DNA of 64,000 bases from positions 32,001 through 96,000 of the IMG/VR virus record IMGVR_UViG_2926965794_000002; one strand, 5' to 3'. Below the pieces are notes generated by a model. The model searched no databases, was not told the DNA's origin, and worked only from the letters and a program-made list of their open reading frames with translations. This DNA is from a virus (Duplodnaviria > Caudoviricetes). Below are positions 54,957 through 64,000 of this stretch, in pieces. The stretch's first letter is position 1, and each line of letters opens with the position of its first letter. The translations under genes and the position numbers were made by a program.

Positions 54957-55462
54957 CGCGACAACCTCGCGGCGAGTGAGTTCCGGATCGCCGGAAGCCG
55001 CTCGACGAATTCGGCGATGCCGGCGAGCTCGTCGCGGGCCGCCCTTACCTCGACCATCATCTCGGCGATCGCCGGCAGGAACTTGGATTTTTGTCGCCAG
55101 CGCCGGCAAGCCATCTCGACCGCCCCGAATGACGGATCCAGTGACATGACGTCTTCACGCATGAACTGGCCAAACGCACTGGCTTGCTGAACGCCGCCGT
55201 TCGGGAACGCTTGCAGCAGCAGGCCAAGATAGGCGACCGCGCCGGCTTTAGGTATCGGCGCCAATGCTTGGTCGAAGGTCGCCTTGTTCTGCCCATGGAT
55301 CTCGATCGCCCGGTTGAGAGTGCGCAGCAACTCAGCGCTCGGCTCGTCCGACAGAGCGGCCGCCTCGCGCGCGGCGGCGAGCTCGCGCAGCGCCGGCTCG
55401 AGCCCCGAAAATGACGGCGGCGCCGGCGGCTTACCCCGCGGCTGATCAACGAGATCGCGCAT
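54953..55462 (-). CDS. Putative helicase loader (P-like partner of the initiator)
   Basis: AVEMACRRW..SKFLPAIAEM pattern; coupled to the initiator. Confidence 0.6.
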   Translation of the reverse strand: MRDLVDQPRGKPPAPPSFSGLEPALRELAAAREAAALSDEPSAELLRTLNRAIEIHGQNKATFDQALAPIPKAGAVAYLGLLLQAFPNGGVQQASAFGQFMREDVMSLDPSFGAVEMACRRWRQKSKFLPAIAEMMVEVRAARDELAGIAEFVERLPAIRNSLAARLSR

Positions 55463-56393
55463 GGAAATCCTCCTCAGTGAGACCCGCCATCATCCCCTCG
55501 ATCGCGGTGTCGACGCGGCTCGGCGCCGCCGGTGTGCCGCCTCGAGGCGTCCGGCGGTCATAGTCGTTCCCCACCCACGTCCGCCATGCCGCATCCCAGT
55601 CGGCCATCAGGTTACCCCTGCTGGCGTGGAAGTTCTTGAACTTCTCCGCCTGGAACCGGATGTGATCATCGTTCCAGCCGCGGTCCCGAGCATACTTCCA
55701 ACCCGATTCAGGAAGCTCCCAGTCGGCGGGGAGCTTCGTCCTCCGCCCCGTCGTCTGCCTACCTCTGCGCTTCGGCTGCCGCTCCTCGGCCGGACCATCA
55801 TCGCCAAAAAGGCCTTGTGCAGGGACCATCTCGCGCCCGGCAACGGGCGCAATATGTTCTTCCCCTTCTTCCTTTCTTGAATGTTTTATTTCTTCTGTAT
55901 TGTGCTGGCCGTGTGCTGGCGCTGTGCTGGGACCTTGCTGACGCTGTGCTGAGACGTTGTCGTCCACTGTGTCATCAACTTGGTCGTCACCTTGATAATG
56001 ATCGTAATTGCAAACGGTTATTACCGTGACCCCCTTGTCGGACCGTGTGTTAATCATGCCCTCCCTCTCGAGCCGACCCAGATAGCCCCTCACCGCTCCT
56101 ACGCTCCATAGCCAGTTTTCCGCGAGAAAACGCAGCGAGCCGGCGAGCTCGCCCCGATCGAGATCAACGAAGAACTGACCGAACCGGCGCTGTCGCGGCT
56201 TCCACGCCGCCTCCTTGATCATCCAGATAAATACCTCGCGCTCCGACATTGCGGAGGGCCTGAAAAACTCGTGCGCGTACAGCGAGCGAAAGAGCTTGAT
56301 GTAGCCTCGGGAACTCACCCCATAGATCTCCGAACTGGCATTTCGACTGGATGGCGGCGGGTCCTTCGCCGCGGACCTCGGCTCAGCCGTCAT
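55446..56393 (-). CDS. Replication initiator (O-like, DnaT-like C-terminus)
   Basis: GYIKLFRSL, RGE..SLRFLA..W.WS, ITVCNYDHYQ, LPADW..KFKNFH..DWDAAWRTWV. Confidence 0.85.
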   Translation of the reverse strand: MTAEPRSAAKDPPPSSRNASSEIYGVSSRGYIKLFRSLYAHEFFRPSAMSEREVFIWMIKEAAWKPRQRRFGQFFVDLDRGELAGSLRFLAENWLWSVGAVRGYLGRLEREGMINTRSDKGVTVITVCNYDHYQGDDQVDDTVDDNVSAQRQQGPSTAPAHGQHNTEEIKHSRKEEGEEHIAPVAGREMVPAQGLFGDDGPAEERQPKRRGRQTTGRRTKLPADWELPESGWKYARDRGWNDDHIRFQAEKFKNFHASRGNLMADWDAAWRTWVGNDYDRRTPRGGTPAAPSRVDTAIEGMMAGLTEEDFHARSR

Positions 56394-56401
56394 AATCCTG
56401 T

Positions 56402-56459
56402 CTGGAATTTATTTCCAGTTTTTTATTGACAGGTCTCCTTGCCTGGAATTATCTTCCAG
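56402..56459 (+). promoter_or_regulatory. OL-like operators and pL-like promoter
   Basis: CTGGAATTTATTTCCAG (56402-56418) and CTGGAATTATCTTCCAG (56443-56459) flank TTGACA (56426); the second covers the TATCTT -10. Confidence 0.8.
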
Positions 56460-56481
56460 ATGCCACGGGAGACCACGCCTC

Positions 56482-56721
56482 ATGCTCAACGTCACCACAG
56501 ACCGCCGGAACGCCTTCGGAGTGAAGGACTCGTCCGACCAGTACCGCAACGGCGGTGCGCGGATCTTGTGGGTGGACGGCCGGACCGACGACCTGACCGC
56601 CCGCATCATCAACGCGATCCGCTCGGCCGGCTTCAAAGCCTGGCGCACCCGCGATCAGATCTGGGTCCGCTCAATCGACGCCGACAAGATCGCCGCCCTC
56701 CACATCCCGACGGATCGGTAA
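56482..56721 (+). CDS. Small hypothetical protein (first pL gene)
   Basis: GGGAG RBS; 79 aa. Confidence 0.65.
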   Translation: MLNVTTDRRNAFGVKDSSDQYRNGGARILWVDGRTDDLTARIINAIRSAGFKAWRTRDQIWVRSIDADKIAALHIPTDR

Positions 56722-56726
56722 GGCGC

Positions 56727-56954
56727 ATGACCGTGCTCGGCTACATCGGCACAGCAGTTGTTTCACTCGGGACCGGCGTCGCGTTCTGTGCGCTCTTCCT
56801 TGTGAAGCCTTACTGGCGCGCGGTCCGCGACCGCGGCGACCTGCTGCTCGCCCTCTTCAATGCCGGGTCTTCGCTGAAGGCGGCCGGTCGCGCCGAGGAA
56901 GCCGCTATGGCTTTCGGTGTCGCGAAGCGCGTGCAGGAGGACTGCGCATGCTGA
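56727..56954 (+). CDS. Small membrane protein
   Basis: MTVLGYIG.. hydrophobic N-terminus. Confidence 0.55.
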   Translation: MTVLGYIGTAVVSLGTGVAFCALFLVKPYWRAVRDRGDLLLALFNAGSSLKAAGRAEEAAMAFGVAKRVQEDCAC

Positions 56955-57274
56955 TCCGCGTCTCCGGCAAGAGCGACTGGCGGAAGTTCTTCTTCGTGTG
57001 CCCCGAGATCACCGTTGACGGCCAAGCCGTTCGTGACGTGATCGAGGCCGACGACGAGGCCGGCTATATCATCCGCTACCGCCGCGACGAGGCAGGCGCG
57101 CTCGTGGTCGATACCGATCGCTACGTCATCGAGCGGATTGACGGGAAAGTCGTGTTTGCCGGCCAGCGCCGCTGGAGCCCGGACGACGCCAAGGCAGCGG
57201 CGCAGACCAAGCGCGATCGCCGCGCCATCCGCAATCTCGAAATTCAACGTCGCGCGGGAAAGGTCTCGGCATGA
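56948..57274 (+). CDS. Hypothetical protein
   Basis: GGAGG RBS; 108 aa. Confidence 0.65.
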   Translation: MLIRVSGKSDWRKFFFVCPEITVDGQAVRDVIEADDEAGYIIRYRRDEAGALVVDTDRYVIERIDGKVVFAGQRRWSPDDAKAAAQTKRDRRAIRNLEIQRRAGKVSA

Positions 57275-57582
57275 CGGACCTTTCCCTCGATCCGACCGCC
57301 ATCATCGACGACCTCGCCTTCCGGGCCGGATATCTGGAGCACGCCCAGATTCAGGCCATCGAGCGGCTGAGGACGCTTGCCGCGCGCGGCGGCGCGACGG
57401 CGGACGAATTGCGCCTGGCGATCGCCGGGCTCGCCATCGACACGCACAAGGGACTTGCCGCGCTCCAGGTCGGCGCGGCCGCGCGGATGGCGGCTCGTCA
57501 CGATGCCACCACGCCCGAGATGTGCGCGAAGATCCTGCCGTTTCCGCGCGCCGGTACTCCAGGCGAGGAGGCTCGCCCGTGA
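57271..57582 (+). CDS. Hypothetical protein
   Basis: ATGA coupling; 103 aa. Confidence 0.6.
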   Translation: MTDLSLDPTAIIDDLAFRAGYLEHAQIQAIERLRTLAARGGATADELRLAIAGLAIDTHKGLAALQVGAAARMAARHDATTPEMCAKILPFPRAGTPGEEARP

Positions 57583-57803
57583 TCACGGAATGCCTGCCGC
57601 CGAGTTGGACCCGTCTCATCTTCGCGCCGGCGGGGGAGCACGCCGCCGCAACCCCGGAAGAGCGCGCGGCCTACGCCAACTTCGTCAAGCGACTGGTGGC
57701 GCGGCCGGAAGACTTCGGCTTTCGGCACGAGACGCCAGAGGACGTGGCGACAGATGACCGCTTCGACACCGCCCTCGCCTCAGAAAACAGGGATTGGGGA
57801 TAG
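57579..57803 (+). CDS. Hypothetical protein
   Basis: GTGA coupling with GGAGG RBS. Confidence 0.5.
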   Translation: MITECLPPSWTRLIFAPAGEHAAATPEERAAYANFVKRLVARPEDFGFRHETPEDVATDDRFDTALASENRDWG

Positions 57804-57806
57804 CCA

Positions 57807-58061
57807 ATGGCGCATCCAGGAATGACCAGGTGCACCCCGGACACCTTCGACCTCGACCTCACCGGCGCCTATGCCGTGATCCTGCGGTCGAGCGGCATGA
57901 CTTTCGAGGGCACGGTCGACGAGATCGAAGCCCGTGCCTTCCAGATCCTGTGGAAACCGGCTGAGGCGCGCCCGTATTCCCAGGTCAAGCCGCGCCTGGC
58001 CGCTGCGATCGCGCTGGCGCGCCGTGATGGCCCGATCGATTTCAGCGCGGTGGCAGCATGA
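57807..58061 (+). CDS. Hypothetical protein
   Basis: 84 aa, in operon. Confidence 0.55.
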   Translation: MAHPGMTRCTPDTFDLDLTGAYAVILRSSGMTFEGTVDEIEARAFQILWKPAEARPYSQVKPRLAAAIALARRDGPIDFSAVAA

Positions 58062-58231
58062 AGATGGAACGCGCCATCATTCTCGTTCTGCTGGCCGTCA
58101 TCGCCGCCCTCGTCATTGAGGGCGCGACCGTCGAGCTTCTCTGCGCCGCGCTGCTGCTCGGCCTCGTTCTCGGCGCGCTGTTGGGCGCCGCCTTCGTCAC
58201 CGATCGGCAACAGAAGGAGTCGGCTTCCTGA
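58058..58231 (+). CDS. Small two-TM membrane protein
   Basis: ATGA coupling; MKMERAIILVLLAVIAALV..; below the ORF-track cutoff. Confidence 0.5.
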   Translation: MKMERAIILVLLAVIAALVIEGATVELLCAALLLGLVLGALLGAAFVTDRQQKESAS

Positions 58232-58336
58232 TGGCGGCTATTCGAACATTCGTGCGGGAAGTTGCGGCGTTCTTCGCGATCGCGGGGATGATCTTTGGGT
58301 GCATCGTCAAGGCGTCGGCCGCCATGGGGGTCTTCC

Positions 58337-58897
58337 ATGGCTGAGCGGCGAATTGAGCTCGAGCCGTCCGTGCTTCTGCGGCTCGGCGCCAACATGGAAA
58401 CCATCGGTCAGGCTTGGCAGGCCGATATCGATGAATTGAACACCGCGCGCGACCAGATCGTGATGCTCAGGCGCGAGCTCGACCAGGCGGATGACCGCGC
58501 GTCGAACTTTCAGGCCGAGCTCACGGCAACGAGGGCAGAAGTCCGGCAACTGCTCGAGCGAAATGCCTTCCTCGAGGCGCACACCAAGCGCCTTTTCGAT
58601 ACGGCTCACGATGTCGGCGACAGCATGAAGTCGCTCGCCGAGTCTGCCGTTGATGTCGCGCGCCGAGCGCCGGCAGTGGCGCCGACCGTCGCTCCGGTGC
58701 GCGCCGACGGCACCACGGCGCCGCGGCCCTCGGTGATCGCGGCACCGCCCGGACCCGCACCGGTTCAGCGCCCGCGCACCTTGGACGATGTCCGCAGGGA
58801 GCAGCTGGCCGCGGCCGACGACGAGGACGACGGCACCGGTCTGCCGCCGGGTCGGCCGCAGTTCCTCAGAACCCCACTTCCAACCGTCTCACCATAG
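58337..58897 (+). CDS. Coiled-coil protein with Pro-rich tail
   Basis: Heptad pattern; start trimmed to MAERR. Confidence 0.6.
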   Translation: MAERRIELEPSVLLRLGANMETIGQAWQADIDELNTARDQIVMLRRELDQADDRASNFQAELTATRAEVRQLLERNAFLEAHTKRLFDTAHDVGDSMKSLAESAVDVARRAPAVAPTVAPVRADGTTAPRPSVIAAPPGPAPVQRPRTLDDVRREQLAAADDEDDGTGLPPGRPQFLRTPLPTVSP

Positions 58898-58903
58898 GCT
58901 CCC

Positions 58904-60256
58904 ATGACCGAACAGCCCTCACCGCTCAAGATCCTTTCCCTCGACGTCGAGAACGTGTTGCGCGTCCGCGCGGTGCGGATCCAGCCCAACGGCAACGTCC
59001 TCGAGCTCACCGGACGCAACCGCCAGGGCAAGAGCAGCGTGATTGACGCGCTGTGGGCCGCGCTCGGCGGCGAGAAGATGATCCCGGCCGATCCGGTTCA
59101 TGACGGTGCCAAGATGGGCAATATCGTCGTCGATATCGGCGACGCTGCCGGGCTGAAGTATCGTGTCACTCGCCGGATCAAGAAGAAGGATGACGGCGAC
59201 TGGTCGACCAGCCTCACCATCGAGAACGAGGACGGCTTCCGGTCCGACAAGCCGCAGCAAATCCTGAACACCCTGATCGGCGCCCTCAGCTGCGATCCGC
59301 TCGACTTCATCAGCAAGAAGCCAAAGGAGCAGTTTGACCTGCTCAAGTCGTTCGTCTCCGGCGTCGATTTCGACGCCATAGCGAAGGCCAATGACGCGGA
59401 CTTCGACGCCCGGACTGTGGTCAACCGCGATGCCAAGGCGCTGCGGACTCGAGCCGACGCGATTGTCATCGACCAAACCGCGCCGACCGAAACGGTGGAC
59501 GAGGCCGCGCTCGTGCAGGAACTGGCTGAGGCTGCCGACAAGAACGGCGCCGTGCAGCGTTACCGGTCCGACCAGGCGGCGCGCCGGCAGCAGGCGCAGG
59601 AGCGCGACCATGCGGCCGAGTTTGCGCGCCAGCGCATCGGCCAACTGCAGGCCGAAATCGAGAAGCTGACCGCCGAGGCTGACGCCGCCGAGAACGCTGC
59701 TGGCGAGATCCGGCTCGAGATCAGCGAGGCCGGCGACGAGCCTCCATCTGTCGACACGCAGGAACTGCAAGCCAAGATCACCGCGGCACGCGAGACGAAT
59801 GCCAAAGTAGCCGCCGCGGCCCGCGCCCGCGTCGAGAAAGAGCGGCTCGCCAGCGAAGCGGCAGAGCTCGAGGCCAAGTCCGAAGCCCTCAGCAAGGCAA
59901 TCGTCGCCCGCGAGACCGAGAAGCAGGAAGCCATTGCCCGCGCCGACATGCCGATACCGGGTTTGTCCTTCGGGGAAGGCGTCATACTGCTCGACGGTCA
60001 CCCGCTAGCCCAGGCCAGCCAAGCGCAGAAGCTCGGCCTCGCAGTCGCCATCGCGATGAAGCTGCAGCCGCGTCTCCGTTTCCTGACGACCAAGCACGCC
60101 GCGCTTCTGGACGACGAGTCCTGGGCTGCCCTCGTCCGCCTCGCCGACGAGCAGGATCTGCTCGTCATCGCCGAGACCGTTAATTCCAACCGGCCGACCG
60201 CGGTGGTCATCGAAGACGGCCACGTCCGCGGCGCCAAGCAGCAAGCCGCGGAGTGA
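58904..60256 (+). CDS. SMC/SbcC-like ATPase
   Basis: VEN..R, Walker A GRNRQGKSS, long coiled coil, C-terminal ASQAQ..LLD. Confidence 0.85.
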   Translation: MTEQPSPLKILSLDVENVLRVRAVRIQPNGNVLELTGRNRQGKSSVIDALWAALGGEKMIPADPVHDGAKMGNIVVDIGDAAGLKYRVTRRIKKKDDGDWSTSLTIENEDGFRSDKPQQILNTLIGALSCDPLDFISKKPKEQFDLLKSFVSGVDFDAIAKANDADFDARTVVNRDAKALRTRADAIVIDQTAPTETVDEAALVQELAEAADKNGAVQRYRSDQAARRQQAQERDHAAEFARQRIGQLQAEIEKLTAEADAAENAAGEIRLEISEAGDEPPSVDTQELQAKITAARETNAKVAAAARARVEKERLASEAAELEAKSEALSKAIVARETEKQEAIARADMPIPGLSFGEGVILLDGHPLAQASQAQKLGLAVAIAMKLQPRLRFLTTKHAALLDDESWAALVRLADEQDLLVIAETVNSNRPTAVVIEDGHVRGAKQQAAE

Positions 60257-60321
60257 CAGCTCCTCCCCAACTTGCCGCGACGGGTTTCGGTCCGCGCGGC
60301 CTTTTCTCCGGAAACTGACCA

Positions 60322-61440
60322 ATGAACGCCGTTGTCCCTATCGCTGATGCCGACGCTATCGAGCCCGTGAAATTCGAGCCGGGCATCTACTTCGGCGTGC
60401 CCGAGGACAAGTACCACCAGGACACCTCGCTCGGATCCACGAAGCTGAAGGAACTGGTGATCGACCCGATCGAATACCAACACGGCCGCCTGCACGGCGC
60501 CGAGCAGAAAGAGACGTTCCAATTGAAGTGGGGCCGCGCGATCCATTGTCGCGCGCTCGAGGGAAAGCAGTTCCTGGCCGAGCGCTTCCCGATCGCGCCG
60601 TCACTGTCCGACTATCCCAAGGCGCTCGTGACGATGGATCACCTCCGCGAGCACGCCAAGAAGCTAGGACTGACCAAGATCGGCAACACCAAGGCTTTGG
60701 TGGCCACCGCGATCCGCGAGTTCGACCAAAGCACCCCGATCTGGGACGAGATCATGGCTCGGTTCGAGACCGAGCACGCCGGCAAGACCATCATTCCGCG
60801 CGAAGCGATCGAGCATATCGAGCGCGCAGTGGAATGGATGCAGCGAGAGCCGAAGCTAGCTCCCGTCATGGAAGACGGCACTTTCACCGCTGGCGCGTCG
60901 GAGGTCTCGATCTTCTATGTCGAGAACGGCGTCCGACTGAAAGCTCGCATCGACCACCTGCTGTCACATGCCGTGGTCGACTTGAAATCCTTCCGGCCGT
61001 TCCTGCAGGAGAGGCTGAGAGAGGGAGCGAAGAAGGCGATCTCGCGCATGCGGTACGACCTGCAGGCCGCGGCGTACATCCGCGCGCTGAAGGTGGCCGC
61101 GAAGCTATTCGCCGACGGCAAGGTCTTCGACTGCCCCTACTCGCCCGCCTTCCTCGAGTCCGTATTTGCTGCCCTGGCGGTCGCGGAACGCGACCCCGGA
61201 TCCGACGAGGCGCTGAAGTGGGTCTGGGTGCTGATCAAGGCCTCGGGCGCGCCGCAGCCGGTCGTCGCCGAGTTCGATCTCGGCAGCATGATCTTCCGCC
61301 AGGCCGCCGTCGATATCGACGACGCCATCAAGAACTACCGCCTCTACGTCGAGAAGTTCGGCCTCGACCAGGACTGGGTGCCGGAGCTCCCGGCTGAAGT
61401 CTGGGGCGACACCGACTTCCCGTCTTGGGCTTTCACCTAA
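60322..61440 (+). CDS. RecE / exonuclease VIII-like PD-(D/E)XK nuclease (DUF3799)
   Basis: PGIYF..YH..LGST, GRAIH..LE, SEVSIF, KARID, VDLKS, YDLQAAAY. Confidence 0.85.
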   Translation: MNAVVPIADADAIEPVKFEPGIYFGVPEDKYHQDTSLGSTKLKELVIDPIEYQHGRLHGAEQKETFQLKWGRAIHCRALEGKQFLAERFPIAPSLSDYPKALVTMDHLREHAKKLGLTKIGNTKALVATAIREFDQSTPIWDEIMARFETEHAGKTIIPREAIEHIERAVEWMQREPKLAPVMEDGTFTAGASEVSIFYVENGVRLKARIDHLLSHAVVDLKSFRPFLQERLREGAKKAISRMRYDLQAAAYIRALKVAAKLFADGKVFDCPYSPAFLESVFAALAVAERDPGSDEALKWVWVLIKASGAPQPVVAEFDLGSMIFRQAAVDIDDAIKNYRLYVEKFGLDQDWVPELPAEVWGDTDFPSWAFT

Positions 61441-61457
61441 ACCTCTGAGGACTGACG

Positions 61458-62888
61458 ATGAATATGATTGTCGATGATCGCGACCAAGAACGTCAAACGC
61501 TGCCAGCCGTCGTGGTGGAAAGTGCGATGCCGGCAATGCTGCGCGCCGAGATCGACGGCCAGATCGCCACCGCCAAAATGTATCCGCGGAACGTCTCGCG
61601 CGCGATCGGCAACATCAAGAGCCTGGCCACGCTGGACGAGGAGACGGCCGCGGAGTCGCTGTACGCGCTCGTCCGCAAGAAGAAGCAGCAGAACCGCGGC
61701 GGTGGTGACTCGACCGATACCGCCAACGCGGCGATTGAAGGACCGAGCATTCGCCTGGCCGAGATCGCGGCCCAATGCTGGGGCAACTGTCGAATCGAAG
61801 CTCACGTCGTGACCGTCAACAAGAAGGACAAGTACGTCGAGGCCGTCGGCACATTCCACGATCTTGAAACCAACATGGCCTCGACCGCGACGGTGCGGCG
61901 CAGGATCTCGACGTCAAGCGGCAACCTCTTCTCCGAAGACATGATCACGGTTACTGGCAACGCCGCCTGCTCGATCGCGAAGCGTAACGCAATCCTCGCC
62001 GGCATTCCGCGCGGCGTCTATCGGCCCGCATATCATGCGGCCCGCGAGGTCGTCGCCGGCACCACCGCGACGCTTTCCCAGAATCGCGACAAGGCCATCA
62101 AGGCATTCGCGACCTATGGCGTCACGCCCGATCAGATCTTCGAGGCTCTCGACGTCAACGGCGAGGCTGACATCCGGCTCGAGCACATCGCGACGCTGCG
62201 CGGCATGTTCATGTCGATCAAGAATGGCGAAGCCACGGTCGAGGAGATGTTCGCCAAGGAGAAGCCGTCCCAGGCGGACCCCGACTACAACCCGCTGGTG
62301 AAGAAGGATGCGGTCTCAGGTGGAGATCAGCAGACCGCGGTAACCGGTGCGGCGAACCAAGAACAAGCCGCCGGTGACAAGCCGGCCACAGATTCCGCCG
62401 CGGCGGAGGCAGCGCATCCATCCGACCATGCGGCAGGACATCAACCTGCGGCCGGATCGGACAGCGCTGCCACCTCGGCGCAGACGTCGGCGAAGCCAGC
62501 CCCCGCCGATGAAGGGACGAGCCAGGAGCGCACCGCCAGTGGCTCGTCCCAACCTGATTTGCTGTCCGGCCCAACCTCCGCCCAGGACGGCAAACCGCAG
62601 TCGAGCACCCCCCAAGGCTCGACCGCTAACGGAGCGGACGCATCTCGTGGCAACGGCGCGTCCGCTCCTGACCTTTCCTCGTACCACCGCGCGCTGCTGA
62701 CCATCGAGAACGGCGGCCCGCAGAAACTCGGCAAGATGTCCGAGCAGTGGCTCAACAAGTATGGCCGGTTCGAAGGCGACGCCGAGAAGAAGCGCGGCGA
62801 GATCTACGCCGTGCACGGTGAACGCCTGACAGGCTCCGTCGACCTGGCGGCCTGCAACAAGAAGGTCGAGGGGATCATCACACGATGA
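61458..62888 (+). CDS. Putative recombination / strand-annealing protein with low-complexity linker
   Basis: QIATAK.YPR, IEGPSIRLAE, RNAILAGIP; follows the exonuclease; function inferred from position. Confidence 0.6.
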   Translation: MNMIVDDRDQERQTLPAVVVESAMPAMLRAEIDGQIATAKMYPRNVSRAIGNIKSLATLDEETAAESLYALVRKKKQQNRGGGDSTDTANAAIEGPSIRLAEIAAQCWGNCRIEAHVVTVNKKDKYVEAVGTFHDLETNMASTATVRRRISTSSGNLFSEDMITVTGNAACSIAKRNAILAGIPRGVYRPAYHAAREVVAGTTATLSQNRDKAIKAFATYGVTPDQIFEALDVNGEADIRLEHIATLRGMFMSIKNGEATVEEMFAKEKPSQADPDYNPLVKKDAVSGGDQQTAVTGAANQEQAAGDKPATDSAAAEAAHPSDHAAGHQPAAGSDSAATSAQTSAKPAPADEGTSQERTASGSSQPDLLSGPTSAQDGKPQSSTPQGSTANGADASRGNGASAPDLSSYHRALLTIENGGPQKLGKMSEQWLNKYGRFEGDAEKKRGEIYAVHGERLTGSVDLAACNKKVEGIITR

Positions 62889-63292
62889 CGGTCCTCGATC
62901 GCCCGCCAGCGGATTGGAAGCGGCCGGCTATGCCGTGCCGGGTCAAGCTTGAGGTCTTGATCCGACAAGGCGGTCGCTGCGCCCAGACGAAGGAAAAGCT
63001 GGGGTCCGTAGAGAACACGCAGTTCGACCACAGGCCCGCGCTTTGGGAGCGGAAGTTCGACACCGCGACCGATGACACGATCCCGCCCGCCAATGATCCG
63101 GCGTTCATTGATGCCTGCACCATCGCCGGCCACAAGTTCCGGACCCATGGCAACGGCGCAACCACTGTCGGCTCCGACTCCCATCGTCGCGCGAAGATCA
63201 AGCGGATGACCGACCCGACGCCGGCGAAACCGAAGCGGAAGATCCGCGGGCGGTCGACCTTCCCGAACCGCAAAACCCGGAGGTTTGGATGA
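62885..63292 (+). CDS. HNH-like nuclease
   Basis: QGGRCA..QFDHRPAL..C...H..RT. Confidence 0.6.
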   Translation: MTVLDRPPADWKRPAMPCRVKLEVLIRQGGRCAQTKEKLGSVENTQFDHRPALWERKFDTATDDTIPPANDPAFIDACTIAGHKFRTHGNGATTVGSDSHRRAKIKRMTDPTPAKPKRKIRGRSTFPNRKTRRFG

Positions 63293-63885
63293 ACCCGGCG
63301 ACGTCAGTAACTCTTGAATTTCGGTCGTCGGCTGAGTTGTCGGCTCACTATCGAGAGGTCCGTGCTCGGCTGCCGGTCGTGGTGCCGCAGTGGCGCCGCG
63401 ACGTGCTGGCGTTGCCGCGCCCAGGCGCCCTCCTCCTGCCAGCACCGTTCGCCTTCGCGACCGTCGAGGACATCATCACGTCCCAGACGCGGCGGCCCCC
63501 AGAGGAGATCCGGAGGCTCAGCGACGAGGCCGAGCGAGTGGCTATCCGCCGATCGATCGCAGGATATCGCAACCTGCTTCGTCAGGCGCCGGAGAACCAG
63601 CGCCGGATCAGCTTGATCAAGGCGTCAGTCGGCCACGCCTTCAAGGTTAGTCAAGACGGATTCACTCACCATTCGCGCAGGCATGGTGTCACCCGCATTC
63701 GTCAAATCGCGATGTGCCTCGCCAAGCTGCTGACCAGCACGAGCTACAGCGGGATCGGCCGTAGCTTCGGCGGCCGCGATCACACGACCGCACTTCATGC
63801 ATACCGGAAGTTCTCGCCGGTCGTCGCCGATGTCATGGCCGAGATGGGCGACGGCACGCCCTGCGCGATCGGGGGTGAGCGATGA
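63289..63885 (+). CDS. Protein with DnaA domain IV (DnaA-box-binding HTH)
   Basis: RQIAMCLAK.LT..SYSGIGRSFGGRDHTTALHA. Confidence 0.85.
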   Translation: MNPATSVTLEFRSSAELSAHYREVRARLPVVVPQWRRDVLALPRPGALLLPAPFAFATVEDIITSQTRRPPEEIRRLSDEAERVAIRRSIAGYRNLLRQAPENQRRISLIKASVGHAFKVSQDGFTHHSRRHGVTRIRQIAMCLAKLLTSTSYSGIGRSFGGRDHTTALHAYRKFSPVVADVMAEMGDGTPCAIGGER

Positions 63886-64000
63886 CCGCGACCTCAGAAA
63901 CGCCAGATACCACTCTGACCGCCGCGGTTCCGCGCATCCTTCGTCGGCGCGTGATGCATCTGCGCGCGAGCGGCGGATCCACATACGGCGATGAGCTGCT

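Larger units (their letters stand above)
1..64000. mobile_element. Temperate siphophage / prophage (partial; both ends outside the window)
   Basis: Complete head-tail operon, terminase, cI/cro switch with operators, replication and recombination modules in lambdoid order; no host housekeeping operon seen. Confidence 0.95.

Noticed and set aside
1-64000. tRNA, rRNA, att sites, integrase, lysis cassette
   Set aside because: None recognised by eye; integrase and lysis genes probably lie beyond the window ends.

Overview
The whole window is the middle of one temperate siphophage (prophage or phage contig) of a high-GC Alphaproteobacterium. GcrA-like, DnaA-domain-IV and IS1182-type sequences fit Hyphomicrobiales such as Bradyrhizobium; the host is an inference. 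1-25.6 kb (minus strand) is the virion operon: terS, terL, HK97-type portal, S49 protease, two tandem capsid paralogues, connectors, tail tube, frameshifted tail chaperones, tape measure, lambda M/L/K/J-like tail tip and accessory genes. 37.3-53.4 kb (minus) holds HNH, a probable late regulator, DnaB, primase, a C5 methylase, DnaN, RuvC-like, MT-A70, GcrA-like and Cro-like genes, interrupted by a lower-GC cargo segment with an IS remnant. 53.5-64 kb holds cI, an oddly placed O/P-like replication pair and the pL recombination operon. No integrase or lysis genes are visible. The standout is an ~11.6 kb plus-strand island (25.7-37.35 kb) between HNH and terS, where the packaging end normally lies. 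It has about 25 mostly tiny genes, including ArdC-N and a DUF3560-methylase, is bracketed by two HTH genes, and lacks several restriction palindromes. Ten of its genes carry the same covarying stem-loop 34-38 nt before the start codon, and a second one-directional repeat family covers its distal half. I interpret it as a first-injected, hairpin-regulated anti-defence leading region. All motif counts were made by eye; no database searches were run.
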